DNA of 17,370 bases from a bacterium (lineage in GTDB: Bacteria; SZUA-182; DTGQ01; JAFGSM01), in contig JBLIRP010000080.1 of assembly GCA_049472355.1 (NCBI GenBank), forward strand, positions 1 through 17,370, in the 5' to 3' direction. A model generated the notes under the pieces. It saw nothing but the letters and a program-made list of their open reading frames with translations. It was not told the DNA's origin and did not search any database. Position 1 is the first letter of the stretch; the number at the start of each line of letters is the position of its first letter. Below, piece after piece: positions 1 to 10,405 of the stretch. The translations under genes and the position numbers were made by a program.

Positions 1-38
1 GGTAACAAAACCGCAGCGTTTTTGGGAGAAGGGCACGC

Positions 39-1484
39 ATGGGGTATGAGAGCGTTATAGGCCTTGAGATCCATGCCCAGCTTCTCACCCGGTCCAAGAT
101 CTTCTGCGGGTGCGGCACGAGATTCGGAGAGCCGCCTAATACCCAAACCTGCCCGGTGTGCATGGGATTTCCGGGTGTCCTCCCGGTGCTCAACCGCCAG
201 GCGGTCGAGTTCGCCCTGAAGACCGCGCTGGCGGTTCATGGGCGCATCCCCCCAACGAGCCGTTTTGCACGCAAGAATTACTTCTATCCCGATCTGCCCA
301 AGGCGTATCAGATTTCCCAATACGAACTTCCCCTGTCGGAAGGAGGATATGTGGAGGTGGACCTGGAAGAGGGGGGTAAGAAACGCATCGGGCTCACCCG
401 CATACATCTGGAAGAGGATGCGGGAAAGCTCATCCACGGCGAGGGTCCGGACAGGAATGCAAGTTTTGTGGATTTTAACCGCACAGGGGTGCCCCTCATG
501 GAGATCGTGACCGAACCCGAAATCCGGTCACCCGAGGAGGCAAGGCTCTTTCTTCAAAATCTGAAGGCAATCCTTCAGTACTTGAAGGTATGCGACGGGA
601 ACATGGAAGAGGGAAGCCTGCGCTGTGACGCCAATGTTTCCGTGCGCCCCTCCGGGCAGGAGTCATTCGGCGTGAAGACGGAGATAAAGAACATGAATTC
701 CTTCCGCAATGTGCAGCGCGCGCTGGAATATGAGATCGAGCGCCAGATCATGACCCTCGATGCCGGTGAGCGTGTGGTGCAGGAAACACGGCTGTGGGAT
801 GCGGACAGGGGGATCAGCATCCCCATGAGAAGCAAGGAGGAGGCCCATGATTACCGCTATTTCCCCGAGCCGGACCTCCCGCCCCTGGCAATCGACGAGC
901 AATTGACCGATCGTATCGCCCGGACTTTGCCCGAATTGCCCGAGGAAAAGAGGGGCCGGCTGATCAGGGAATACGGGTTGCCCCCCTACGACGCCCAGGT
1001 TCTGACTGTTTCCGCTGAGCTCGCCGACTACTTTGAGGCGTGTTGCGCCCTCTATCCAGGACCCAAGGCGGTGAGCAACTGGATCATGGTGGAACTCATG
1101 CGTGAGCTGAATCGTGAGAATCGTGATATCGCCTCCTCCCCGGTCAGCCCGAAGGGCCTGGCCGCCATGCTGAAGATGATCGATGACGGGGTGATCAGCG
1201 GAAGGATCGCCAAGAGGGTCTTCATCTCAATGTACAGAACGGGAAAAGACGCCTCCCGGATCGTACAGGAGGAGGACCTTATCCAGATAACCGATACCTC
1301 GTGTCTTGAGGAAACGATCGATGAGGTGCTCGCTGCGCATCCGGAAACTGTGGCGGATTATCGGAAGGGGAGAAAGGAGGCGGTGGGATTCCTGGTGGGA
1401 CAGGTGATGAGGATGACCAAGGGAAAGGCCAATCCCAGGCTGGTGAACGAAATCCTGGTCAAAAAACTCGAACAAGGGGAATAG
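39..1484 (+). CDS. gatB: Asp-tRNA(Asn)/Glu-tRNA(Gln) amidotransferase subunit B
   Basis: 481 aa with GatB signature motifs [60 protein letters not shown] and a C-terminal YqeY-like GFLVGQVM...GKANP. Confidence 0.99.
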   Translation: MGYESVIGLEIHAQLLTRSKIFCGCGTRFGEPPNTQTCPVCMGFPGVLPVLNRQAVEFALKTALAVHGRIPPTSRFARKNYFYPDLPKAYQISQYELPLSEGGYVEVDLEEGGKKRIGLTRIHLEEDAGKLIHGEGPDRNASFVDFNRTGVPLMEIVTEPEIRSPEEARLFLQNLKAILQYLKVCDGNMEEGSLRCDANVSVRPSGQESFGVKTEIKNMNSFRNVQRALEYEIERQIMTLDAGERVVQETRLWDADRGISIPMRSKEEAHDYRYFPEPDLPPLAIDEQLTDRIARTLPELPEEKRGRLIREYGLPPYDAQVLTVSAELADYFEACCALYPGPKAVSNWIMVELMRELNRENRDIASSPVSPKGLAAMLKMIDDGVISGRIAKRVFISMYRTGKDASRIVQEEDLIQITDTSCLEETIDEVLAAHPETVADYRKGRKEAVGFLVGQVMRMTKGKANPRLVNEILVKKLEQGE

Positions 1485-1493
1485 AGGCCATTC

Positions 1494-2912
1494 ATGTCGC
1501 TCTACCATGCATCGGAACAACTCAAGAGACAGAGACCTCGAAGACGCCTCGCAAAGGCCTCCGTTATTACCCTCCTGATTCTGACGGCCCCCTGCATACT
1601 GCTCTTGGGATATCTGGTGTCCACATTGACACGGGCCCGGCAAACCCTTCCTCCGGCGGATACCACAATGGTATATCCTGATGCAAATGTCTCCCTGATC
1701 CAGGCTGCATCCTCTCCGGAGACCTCGGGTATCGTTATCGAGGGTCCTCCGCCCCCTCCATCCTATTCCCAGCTTTACCGGGACGGTACCATCAAGGATG
1801 GAGAGAGCATCTACCAGTGCCTGCACCGGGAAGGCATAGCCGACCGAACGATTCACCTCATCACCAGCAAGCTTAATCCCCTATTATGTTTTCGCTCCCA
1901 GAGCCGACCCGGTGACATATACCGGTTGAGCCTTACCGAGCAGGGTGAGGTCGAGCGGTTTGAGTATCAGAAGAGCCCACTGGAAATCTACTGCCTGAGC
2001 AAGGATCAAGGGAACAACTGGAATGCATGGCGGGAGGACATAAAGATTGCGAAGTATTGGGTGGGCATATCCGGGGAAATCAAGGGTTCGCTCTTTACCA
2101 CCATGCAGGATGCAGGGTATCCCGTATCCCTGGCGTTGCAGTTTGCGGAGATCCTCGAGTGGAAGATTGATTTTCAGCATGAGGTGAGGGAGGGAGACCG
2201 CTTCAGAATGGTTTTCGAGCGCTATTTCAGGGGTGACGAGCCGATAGGGTACGGCAGGATCCTGGCAATACAGTATGAAGGACAGGTTGCAGGGACATTG
2301 AAGGGATTCTACTTCCGGGACGAAGACAGGGGAGGCTACTATGATCCCGAGGGCGTATCCCTGCGGCAGGCATTCCTGAGGGCACCATTGAGTTACAAGT
2401 ACATAAGCTCGGGATACAGTCATCACCGCAGGCATCCCATCCTGGGAAGCGTGCGCCCGCACCTGGGGATCGATTTCGCTGCCCCGTACGGTTCTCCGGT
2501 GTGGGCGGTGGCCGACGGGGTGGTCCTTTCCACCTCGTATGATAAGTATAACGGGAACCAAATAAAACTGAGACACATGAACGCATATATCACTTACTAC
2601 AATCACCTGTCCGGTTTTGCACGGGGATTGAAAAAGGGGGTTCGGGTAGTCCAGAAACAGGTGATCGGGTATGTGGGAACCACGGGTCTCTCCACCGGCC
2701 CCCATCTGGACTACCGTGTCAAAAAGGGTGCCCGGTTCATCAATCCCTTGAAGGAGCAGTACCCATCGGGGAAACCGCTGAAGAGAAATATGCTGCCCCA
2801 ACTTCGAGCGGTGATGGCCGATCTGGGCCCGTTGTTGCAGGGGCAGGAAGATACTACCCGGGTTCTGGTGGCCGAGATGAGTGCCTCCGAGGTGGGGCAT
2901 CCGACTCTGTGA
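1494..2912 (+). CDS. M23-family peptidoglycan DD-metalloendopeptidase (MepM/Csd3-like), N-terminal membrane anchor
   Basis: Hydrophobic N-terminal segment, central Csd3/OapA-like region, and an M23 domain with HPILG, HLGIDFAAPYG (HxxxD), YNHLS and GLSTGPHLDY. Confidence 0.93.
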   Translation: MSLYHASEQLKRQRPRRRLAKASVITLLILTAPCILLLGYLVSTLTRARQTLPPADTTMVYPDANVSLIQAASSPETSGIVIEGPPPPPSYSQLYRDGTIKDGESIYQCLHREGIADRTIHLITSKLNPLLCFRSQSRPGDIYRLSLTEQGEVERFEYQKSPLEIYCLSKDQGNNWNAWREDIKIAKYWVGISGEIKGSLFTTMQDAGYPVSLALQFAEILEWKIDFQHEVREGDRFRMVFERYFRGDEPIGYGRILAIQYEGQVAGTLKGFYFRDEDRGGYYDPEGVSLRQAFLRAPLSYKYISSGYSHHRRHPILGSVRPHLGIDFAAPYGSPVWAVADGVVLSTSYDKYNGNQIKLRHMNAYITYYNHLSGFARGLKKGVRVVQKQVIGYVGTTGLSTGPHLDYRVKKGARFINPLKEQYPSGKPLKRNMLPQLRAVMADLGPLLQGQEDTTRVLVAEMSASEVGHPTL

Positions 2913-2927
2913 GTCATTCCCCGCTCC

Positions 2928-4313
2928 CTATTGTTCCAGGATGTCTCCGTATTTCTGGAGCCGATAGCGAAATGAACGAAAGCTCAAATTGAGCAACTCC
3001 GCGGCCTTGCTCTTGTTTCCCTGGGTTTTCTTGAGCGCCTGGGAAATGAGCCGGGTCTCCATTTCGGTGACCGCCTTTTCCAGGTCGACCCCCTTTTCCA
3101 TGTCAAAGCTCGATGATTGATAGGGGGGATGGATGGGATAGAGGACGTTGTCCGGCAGGTCCTCAGGCCGGAGTGATTTTCCATTGCCAAGGGCAACGGC
3201 CCTTTCGATGACGTTTTCCAACTCCCGCACATTGCCGGGCCAGTGGTAATTGGAGAGTATCCGAACGATCTCGGAGGAAGGCATGGTATCCATATCGAGG
3301 AATCCATTTTTTTTCGCATAGATATCAAGGAAATGGGCCACCAGGAGAGGGATATCACCGATCCTCTCCCTCAGGGGCGGAAGGCAGACAGGGATCACGT
3401 TGAGACGGTAGTAGAGGTCCTCCCTGAAGGTCCCTTCCTGGACCGCCTCCTGCAAATCCTTATTGGTCGCTGCAATGATGCGCACGTCAACGGTGATCCC
3501 CTCGGTTGCCCCAACCCTGCGGATCTCCTGATCCTGGAGTACCCTCAGGAGCTTGACCTGCAGGGAAAGGGGGGTGGAGGCGATCTCGTCCAGGAATATG
3601 GTGCCCTTGTGCGCGGCTTCAAAGAGCCCCTTCTTATTGTGGATCGCCCCGGTAAACGATCCCTTCACATGACCGAAAAGTTCGCTCTCCAGGAGCCCTT
3701 CAGGCATACCGCCGCAATTGACGCTTACAAAGGACTCGTTCCGTTGGGCGCTGTGGAAGTGAATGGCCCGCGCCACCAGCTCTTTGCCTGTGCCGCTTTC
3801 ACCCGTTATCAACACCGTACTCCGGCTGTTGGCAATCTTCTGGATGAGGGCGAATATCTCCCGCATCTGGCTGCTCTTGCCCAGGATGTTTCCCAGCTTG
3901 TATTTCGTGGAAAGCTCCCGCCTGAGGATGACATTTTCCTCCTGAAGGCGCTTCTTCTCCAGGGCATTGTGGATCACCAGCTTTATCTCCTCGTTATTCT
4001 TGAAAGGCTTGGTCAGGTAGTCGTAGGCCCCCTCCTTGATTGCCTGCACAGCGGTCTTGGTGGATGCGTAGGCGGTGATCATGATCGCAAGGGTCTCCGG
4101 GCTGATCTTCCTGATCTCCCTCAATACACTTAATCCGTCCATACCCGGCATCCGAATATCGATGACGGCCAGATCAAAGGCCTCATTCTGGGCAAGGGTG
4201 ATCCCCTCCTTGGGGGTGTTTGCGAACTTGACCCGGTACCCTTCACGTTTGAGCATAATGGCGAGAAACTCGCACATGCTCCGTTCGTCGTCTATGATCA
4301 GTATGGAGTTCAC
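2928..4313 (-). CDS. pilR: Sigma-54-dependent response regulator PilR (NtrC family)
   Basis: REC domain (IIDDE, DIRMP), AAA+ Walker A GESGTGKE, GSFTGA loop, FLDEI, FREDLYYRLNV, WPGNVRELEN, C-terminal Fis-type HTH ending SFRSFRYRLQK. GTG start; directly downstream of pilS. Confidence 0.92.
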   Translation of the reverse strand: MNSILIIDDERSMCEFLAIMLKREGYRVKFANTPKEGITLAQNEAFDLAVIDIRMPGMDGLSVLREIRKISPETLAIMITAYASTKTAVQAIKEGAYDYLTKPFKNNEEIKLVIHNALEKKRLQEENVILRRELSTKYKLGNILGKSSQMREIFALIQKIANSRSTVLITGESGTGKELVARAIHFHSAQRNESFVSVNCGGMPEGLLESELFGHVKGSFTGAIHNKKGLFEAAHKGTIFLDEIASTPLSLQVKLLRVLQDQEIRRVGATEGITVDVRIIAATNKDLQEAVQEGTFREDLYYRLNVIPVCLPPLRERIGDIPLLVAHFLDIYAKKNGFLDMDTMPSSEIVRILSNYHWPGNVRELENVIERAVALGNGKSLRPEDLPDNVLYPIHPPYQSSSFDMEKGVDLEKAVTEMETRLISQALKKTQGNKSKAAELLNLSFRSFRYRLQKYGDILEQ

Positions 4314-4395
4314 TGTGGTTTTCCCTCACCCTGTTCGTCAGGCACTCATATCATACTGTATACTATGCCACATATTCTCCCCTCGATCAAAATCC

Positions 4396-6069
4396 CTACG
4401 GGCTGGAGAGCAGGGAAAGATAGATCCGAAAGAGGCTCCCCTGTCCCGGTTGGCTCTCCACCTCGATTTTGCCTCCATGTGCCTCAATCACCCGATAGGC
4501 GGTGCAGAGCCCCAGCCCTGTTCCCCGTTCCTTTGTGGTGTAGAAGGGGTGAAACACCCTCGGAAGGTGTTCCCTGGTAATCCCCACCCCCGTATCCTGG
4601 AATTCTATGACCTTGTATGATTTGTGTTTATTGTCTCTGGTACGGCCTTTCACCGAAAGGGTGCCCCCTTCAGGCATGGCCTGACAGGCGTTTATTGCAA
4701 GATTCCAGAATACCTGTTTCATCTGGTTGGCATCGAGGTTCAGGATCGTATGCTCCTCTTCCAGATCGGTGACGATGGAGATGGTGTGATTGAAATCCTC
4801 ACCGTTTTTCAGCATGGTCAGGGTGTCATCGACCAGGGAATTGATATCGCAGGACTCCAGTCTAAGTGGCCGTGGCCGGGCATAGGTGAGAAAATCATTG
4901 ATGACGTTGTTCAGGTGTGTTGACTCCCTGATCACAATATTCATCAGGGTTGTTTGCTCCTCATCCAGGGTGAGTCCCTCGGCAAGGAGCTGGATGGAAC
5001 CCTTGATTGAGGCGAGGGGGTTGCGCAGTTCGTGGGCCATGCCTGCACCCATGCCCCCGATGGTCGCCAGGATGTCGGCCTGTTTTATCTGGTCCTCCAT
5101 CTTTTTGAATTCGGTGAGGTCCTGAAAGCTGGTGATCGTTCCCTTGGTATTGCCCTGTGCATCCTGAATGGGTGCCAGATTCAGCCCGATAAAGCAAGGC
5201 CCGCGTTCACCGCAATTGACAAACTCGTTATAGGAGATGGTTTGTTCCTCCTCGATCACGGTAAGGACCTTAGGGAAATCGATCGGGAAAAAGAGGTCGT
5301 TCCAGTAAAGGGATTGCCCCTCGATATCGTTGATGCACAGGATCTCCAGGGCGGCCTTGTTGGCGAGGGTGATCTTTCCGTTGATATCGGTAATGACGAG
5401 CCCCGAACGGATGTTTTTGAGCACATCCTCGTTGAAGGCCCTCAATTCCATGAGATCTTCCTTGCTGGCGGTGAGCTCCTGGTCGATCTTTCTTGTTGAT
5501 TCGGCCAGATAACCGCTGAGAAGGGCAATGAGATAGAAGCCGCATATGTTGACAAAGATGGTATAGAAGACGTATCTGCTGCTGAGGAGTCCTGCCGCAA
5601 GGGTCCCTCTCGAAGGCAGGGAGAGGATGCCGAAGTATTGGAGGTCGAGGAGCATTCCATAGAGAATGCTGCTCATCGAGGCGATGATGAGGCTTCCCCT
5701 GCGTGAAAGGACGATGCTTGTGGTGATGATGGTGATGATGAACATGAAGGAAAAGGGGCTCTCAATGCCTCCGGTGAGGTAGACCAGGCACGACTCTATG
5801 AGTACGTCCGCAACCAGTTGAATATAGGCGAGCACGACGAGATTGTTCATGGAATAGAAGAGCACCGCGTAGAGGATGGTGAGGAGGTAGGTGACGGCAA
5901 TGAGGAGGTAGTAGGGATTAAGACCCGATCGTGCGTGTCGGATCTGGACGATGCTGATGGAGCCGAGGAGAATGGTGAGTATGATCACCCGCAGTATCAT
6001 GAGCCATAGTATCTTGCGGCGCAGGTATGCGTTTCCCTGCTGTTCCTCAAGCCGTCCCGTCGTGTCCAT
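4396..6069 (-). CDS. pilS: Membrane-bound sensor histidine kinase PilS (multi-TM, PAS, HisKA, HATPase_c)
   Basis: Several hydrophobic N-terminal helices including TGGIESPFSF, PAS-like region, H-box AHELRNPLASI, N-box NLAINACQAM, G boxes DTGVGI and GTGLGL; lies between pilC and pilR. Confidence 0.9.
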   Translation of the reverse strand: MDTTGRLEEQQGNAYLRRKILWLMILRVIILTILLGSISIVQIRHARSGLNPYYLLIAVTYLLTILYAVLFYSMNNLVVLAYIQLVADVLIESCLVYLTGGIESPFSFMFIITIITTSIVLSRRGSLIIASMSSILYGMLLDLQYFGILSLPSRGTLAAGLLSSRYVFYTIFVNICGFYLIALLSGYLAESTRKIDQELTASKEDLMELRAFNEDVLKNIRSGLVITDINGKITLANKAALEILCINDIEGQSLYWNDLFFPIDFPKVLTVIEEEQTISYNEFVNCGERGPCFIGLNLAPIQDAQGNTKGTITSFQDLTEFKKMEDQIKQADILATIGGMGAGMAHELRNPLASIKGSIQLLAEGLTLDEEQTTLMNIVIRESTHLNNVINDFLTYARPRPLRLESCDINSLVDDTLTMLKNGEDFNHTISIVTDLEEEHTILNLDANQMKQVFWNLAINACQAMPEGGTLSVKGRTRDNKHKSYKVIEFQDTGVGITREHLPRVFHPFYTTKERGTGLGLCTAYRVIEAHGGKIEVESQPGQGSLFRIYLSLLSSP

Positions 6070-6114
6070 ATGCCCCTCGCGTGTGCCCCTTCCTGCCCCT
6101 GATGGTGTCCGGCA

Positions 6115-7326
6115 CTATCCGATGAGATTTGCCAGGCCGAATATCGGCATGTACATGGCAATCAATATAAACCCGACCGATCCTCCCAGGAAGACCATCA
6201 GCAGAGGTTCAAGCATTGCCGTGAGAGACTCCACAGCGGCGTTGACCTCATCATCGTAGAAATCCGCGATCTTCCCGAGCATGGTATCCAGGGCGCCCGT
6301 GCTCTCACCGATGGATATCATCTGCACCACCATTGGGGGGAACACCTTTGTTTCGCCGAGCGGCTCGGCAATGGTTTTTCCTTCGCTGATAGATGTTCGG
6401 CTGGACATGATGGCGTTTTCGATCACCTTGTTCCCTGCGGTTCGCGCCGTGATTTCCATGCCGTCGAGGAGGGGGACGCCGCTGCTCATCAGGGTCCCCA
6501 GTGTCCTGGTGAATTTGGCGATCGACACCTTTTGAAGAAGATTGCCGAATATCGGAGACTTCAGAAGCAGTGTGTCAAAAAAAAGCTTTCCCTTTGCCGT
6601 CTTGTTGACTTGCTTGATGGTGACGAATACGGCGATAATGACTATCAGGATACTCAAACCTCCCCATCCGCCGAGGAAATCACTCATTGCGATGACGATA
6701 CGGGTGGGCAGGGGGAGGGTCCCCCCGAAGCTGGTGAAAAGGTCCGCGAACTGGGGGATGACGAAGACAAGGAGTCCCGCCACCACCACCACGGCCACCA
6801 CGAGGATGACGATCGGGTAGGTCATGGCAGCCTTGACCTTCCGCTTGAGTGCCATTGCCCGTTCCATATATCCGGAGAGCCTCTCCAGAATGGTGTCGAG
6901 GATACCGCCTGCCTCTCCTGCCTCCACCATGTTTACGTACAATTGGTCAAACACCTTCGGGTATTTGCGCAGTGCGTCGGCAAAGGTGCTCCCGCCTTCC
7001 ACGGTCATCTTGATGTCCTTGATGGTCTTGGCCAGCTCCGGGTTTTCCGTCTGCTGCGCGAGGATGTCGAGGCTCTGGACGAGGGGGAGCCCGGCATCGA
7101 TCATGGTAGCGAACTGGCGGGTGAATACGATCTTGTCCTTTTCCTTGACCTTCGCGCCGAACCCGGGTATTTTTATGGTGATCTCCGTGGGTTTCTTTTT
7201 CACCTGGGTGGGAATGATGGCCTGACGCCTCAATTCGGCCATTACCAGCTCTTTGCTGTTACCCGTTATCTCGCCTTCGACCTCTTTGCCCTGCAGGGTC
7301 CTGCCCTTATATTTGAATACCGGCAT
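6115..7326 (-). CDS. pilC: Type IV pilus inner-membrane platform protein PilC (GspF family)
   Basis: FTRQFATMIDAGLPL, EAGEAGGILD, AMTYP, GESTGALD and MYMPIF motifs; two GspF domains. Confidence 0.97.
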   Translation of the reverse strand: MPVFKYKGRTLQGKEVEGEITGNSKELVMAELRRQAIIPTQVKKKPTEITIKIPGFGAKVKEKDKIVFTRQFATMIDAGLPLVQSLDILAQQTENPELAKTIKDIKMTVEGGSTFADALRKYPKVFDQLYVNMVEAGEAGGILDTILERLSGYMERAMALKRKVKAAMTYPIVILVVAVVVVAGLLVFVIPQFADLFTSFGGTLPLPTRIVIAMSDFLGGWGGLSILIVIIAVFVTIKQVNKTAKGKLFFDTLLLKSPIFGNLLQKVSIAKFTRTLGTLMSSGVPLLDGMEITARTAGNKVIENAIMSSRTSISEGKTIAEPLGETKVFPPMVVQMISIGESTGALDTMLGKIADFYDDEVNAAVESLTAMLEPLLMVFLGGSVGFILIAMYMPIFGLANLIG

Positions 7327-7360
7327 ATCTTTTCCCCTTTTTTCCCCGTTATTATATCAT

Positions 7361-8440
7361 TTATATCATTCGTACAAGCGTGTTTTGAATCATATTTGCC
7401 ATCTCTTCCGGATAGGTTGAATGGCCCATGGCATTCTCCTTGGATATGATGCCCTTTTGATACAGGTCAAACAGCGCCTGATTCATGGTCTGCATTCCAT
7501 GCCGTGCCTGCCCCGCCTGCATAATGCTGTAAATATGGTGGATATGGTTTTCCCGTACCTGGTTCCGCACCGCGGCGTTGGGAATAAGGATCTCCAGGGC
7601 CAGGGCCCTCCCGTCTTCGAGCTGCCGGGGAATCAACTGCTGGGCGAGGATTCCTTCCAGGACAAAGGAGAGCTGGGTCCGAATCTGGTTCTGTTGATGG
7701 GGCGGAAACACATCGATAATCCGGTTGATGGACTGGACGCATGAATTGGTATGGAGGGTCGCCAGGGTGAGATGCCCGGTTTCCGATATGGTCAACGCAG
7801 CCTCTATGGTTTCCAGGTCCCTCATCTCTCCGATCAGCACGATGTCGGGGTCCTCCCTGAGCGCGGACCGGAGTGCGTGCATGAAGGAATGGGTGTCTGC
7901 GTGCAATTCCCGCTGATTCACAACGCACTGCTTGTGGGAATGGAGATACTCGATGGGATCCTCTATGGTAATGATATGCTTATGGTGATGGGTATTGATC
8001 CAGTCGATCATCGCCGCCAGCGTGGTTGATTTTCCGCTTCCCGTAGGCCCGGTCACCAGGATGAGGCCCCTGGTCTTTTCGCATAAGGTGGTGACGATTG
8101 AGGGTATCCCCAATTCCTCGAACGTGGGGATGTAGATGGGGATGCTCCTCACGGCCATTGCCAGGGCGCCGCGCTGGAAGAATATATTCGCCCTGAAGCG
8201 GCTCAGCCCGTTGATTCCGAACGAGAGATCCAGCTCGAGATCGGTGTCGAGTTTCTTTTTTTGATCCTCGTTCAGCACGCTGAAGACCATGTTCCTGATG
8301 GCCTCATTGGTCAGGGGAGGGTGGGAGGAGGGGATGATGTTCCCGTCCACGCGCACCTGGGGAGGGATGCCGCTGGTGAGGTGGAGATCGGATGCCCGCA
8401 TGTGAAGCATCTCGTGGAGTAACTGGGTCAACTCTGTCAT
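7361..8440 (-). CDS. pilT: Type IV pilus retraction ATPase PilT
   Basis: ASDLHL, Walker A GPTGSGKSTT, Asp box TIEDPIEY, LREDPD/GEMRD Walker B, His box TGHL..TLHTN, GMQTM; AIRNLIRE-like segment reads AVRNQVRE. Confidence 0.96.
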   Translation of the reverse strand: MTELTQLLHEMLHMRASDLHLTSGIPPQVRVDGNIIPSSHPPLTNEAIRNMVFSVLNEDQKKKLDTDLELDLSFGINGLSRFRANIFFQRGALAMAVRSIPIYIPTFEELGIPSIVTTLCEKTRGLILVTGPTGSGKSTTLAAMIDWINTHHHKHIITIEDPIEYLHSHKQCVVNQRELHADTHSFMHALRSALREDPDIVLIGEMRDLETIEAALTISETGHLTLATLHTNSCVQSINRIIDVFPPHQQNQIRTQLSFVLEGILAQQLIPRQLEDGRALALEILIPNAAVRNQVRENHIHHIYSIMQAGQARHGMQTMNQALFDLYQKGIISKENAMGHSTYPEEMANMIQNTLVRMI

Positions 8441-8505
8441 CTATATACCCTCGAACCTGTCCAATCTATGAATGATAATGTCTTTTTTTTCTCTATTACA
8501 GGCTG

Positions 8506-10281
8506 TTATGCGGTTACACTGAGTACCTCGTCAATGGTGGTCGTGCCCTCTTTAACCTTCATCAAACCGCTCTGCCTCAATGTCCTCATACCCTCTTGTA
8601 TGGCGAGGTTCCTGAGTTCCTCGGTGGATCCCCCACGCACAATCAATTCCCTGATCGGGTCGGTCATCTTCATCACCTCATAGAGGGCAAGCCTTCCCTT
8701 GTATCCGGTGTTCCCGCATTTTGAACATCCCTTCCCCTTGTAGATCTCGATGCCGTTATTTATGTCGAGATCGGAGAAACCCAGTCGGCGAAGGAGCTCG
8801 GGAGGCACATTAATCTTCTCCTTGCATTCGCTGCAGATCTTTCTGGTGAGCCGCTGGGCGAGCACCAGGACCACGGCGGAGCTTACCAGAAAGGATTCCA
8901 CCCCCATGTTCAAGAGACGCATGATGGTGCTCGGTGCGTCATTGGTATGGAGGGTCGACAGCACAAGGTGTCCGGTAAGTGCTGCCTTGACGCCGATTTC
9001 AGCGGTTTCCAGGTCGCGTATCTCACCCACCATAACCACGTCCGGGTCCTGCCGCAAAAAGGAGCGGAGCGCCGCGGCAAAGTTGAGCCCTATGTGTTCG
9101 TGGATATGGACCTGATTGATCCCCTGGAGATTGAACTCCACCGGATCCTCGGCGGTCATGATGTTGGTCTCCTCGTCATTCAACTGGTGCAATGCGGAAT
9201 ACAGGGTGGTGGTTTTCCCGCTTCCGGTAGGGCCGGTCACCAGGACCATGCCGTAGGGACTCTTGATGGCCTCCTGGAATTTTTCCAGATCGTCGGGTTC
9301 AAATCCCAGCTTGGTCATATCGAGCTGGAGATTGGATTTGTCCAGGAGCCGCAATACCACCTTTTCCCCGAAGAGGGTGGGGAGCACCGATACACGGAAA
9401 TCCATGGCCGCGTTTTTCCCCAGTTTCAGCTTGATCCTTCCGTCCTGGGGCAGGCGTTTTTCAGCGATATCCAGCTTGGACATGATCTTTATGCGGGACA
9501 CCACCGCATTCCTGATCTTCGGCGGCAGCCCCATCACCTTTTTAAGGACACCGTCGACGCGGAGGCGGACCCGGAATGACTTTTCATAGGGCTCGATATG
9601 GATATCGCTCGCCTTGATATTGACGGCCTTGAGCAGTATGCCGTTGACCAGTTTCACTATGGGGGCGTCCGCCTCGGTGAGGGAGTCCTGTGACGTCTCC
9701 TCTTCCACTACCTCTACATTGTCGAGGGCCCCCTTGACGATATTATCGAAATCCCCGACCTCTATGATATCCTCCTGGGGTTCCTGGATCTCTTCATGAC
9801 GGGCTACGCCGCCCTCTTCTTCCCGATAATCAAAGACATCCAGGCTCGCTGGTCTCGCTTTTTTATAGCATCGCTCAAATGTCTGGTCAAAAAGGGATTC
9901 AGTGGTCACCACCGTTTCGATATGGAATCCAGTGGAAAAGCTTATGTCATCGATGGCAACATAGTCGGTCGGGTCAACGATGGCGATGGTCAAGGTGTCT
10001 CCCAGAAGATTCAAGGGCATGAAGCGGTATTTCTTTGCCAGGGCGGCGGGAATCAGTTCGATGATATCGGGTTCGATGTCGAAGTTACGCAGGTCAACGC
10101 TCGGCACACCCAACTGCTTGCTGAGGTAAAAGAGGGCATCCTCTTCTTTCAGATAACCGAGTTTAGTAAGGATGTTGGCGATGCGGCCTCCGGTCCTTTT
10201 CTGTTCATCCAGGGCCTTGAGCAACTGCTCCTGTGTAATGATGTTTGCCTGGACAAGAATCTCTCCCAAACGGGCCTTCAT
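8506..10281 (-). CDS. pilB: Type IV pilus assembly ATPase PilB with N-terminal MshEN-like motif
   Basis: N-terminal RLGEILV, ASDIHIEP, RLPQDGR, Walker A GPTGSGKTT, LRQDPD, TGHLVLSTLHTND, zinc motif CSEC...CSKC, GYKGR. Confidence 0.97.
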   Translation of the reverse strand: MKARLGEILVQANIITQEQLLKALDEQKRTGGRIANILTKLGYLKEEDALFYLSKQLGVPSVDLRNFDIEPDIIELIPAALAKKYRFMPLNLLGDTLTIAIVDPTDYVAIDDISFSTGFHIETVVTTESLFDQTFERCYKKARPASLDVFDYREEEGGVARHEEIQEPQEDIIEVGDFDNIVKGALDNVEVVEEETSQDSLTEADAPIVKLVNGILLKAVNIKASDIHIEPYEKSFRVRLRVDGVLKKVMGLPPKIRNAVVSRIKIMSKLDIAEKRLPQDGRIKLKLGKNAAMDFRVSVLPTLFGEKVVLRLLDKSNLQLDMTKLGFEPDDLEKFQEAIKSPYGMVLVTGPTGSGKTTTLYSALHQLNDEETNIMTAEDPVEFNLQGINQVHIHEHIGLNFAAALRSFLRQDPDVVMVGEIRDLETAEIGVKAALTGHLVLSTLHTNDAPSTIMRLLNMGVESFLVSSAVVLVLAQRLTRKICSECKEKINVPPELLRRLGFSDLDINNGIEIYKGKGCSKCGNTGYKGRLALYEVMKMTDPIRELIVRGGSTEELRNLAIQEGMRTLRQSGLMKVKEGTTTIDEVLSVTA

Positions 10282-10321
10282 AAAGATATTCCTTATTTTT
10301 TAATTCATTACGCATGTCATA

Positions 10322-10350
10322 ATGTTAGCCTGACTCCATCAAGGTGTCAA
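10322..10350 (-). promoter_or_regulatory. Putative sigma70 promoter for the pilB operon
   Basis: Minus strand reads TTGACA-17 nt-TAACAT, about 40 nt upstream of the pilB ATG; a TAAGGA SD-like sequence precedes the start. Confidence 0.6.
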
Positions 10351-10405
10351 GGAGACAAAGATTTGCTTGTTTTCTAAATCGGAAGAATTGGGTTTTAAAA
10401 ACGAA

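Noticed and set aside
2695..2715. M23 HxH motif reading HLD as a sign of inactivation
   Set aside because: GPHLDY/F is a common variant in this subfamily, Asp can ligate zinc, and HxxxD is intact.
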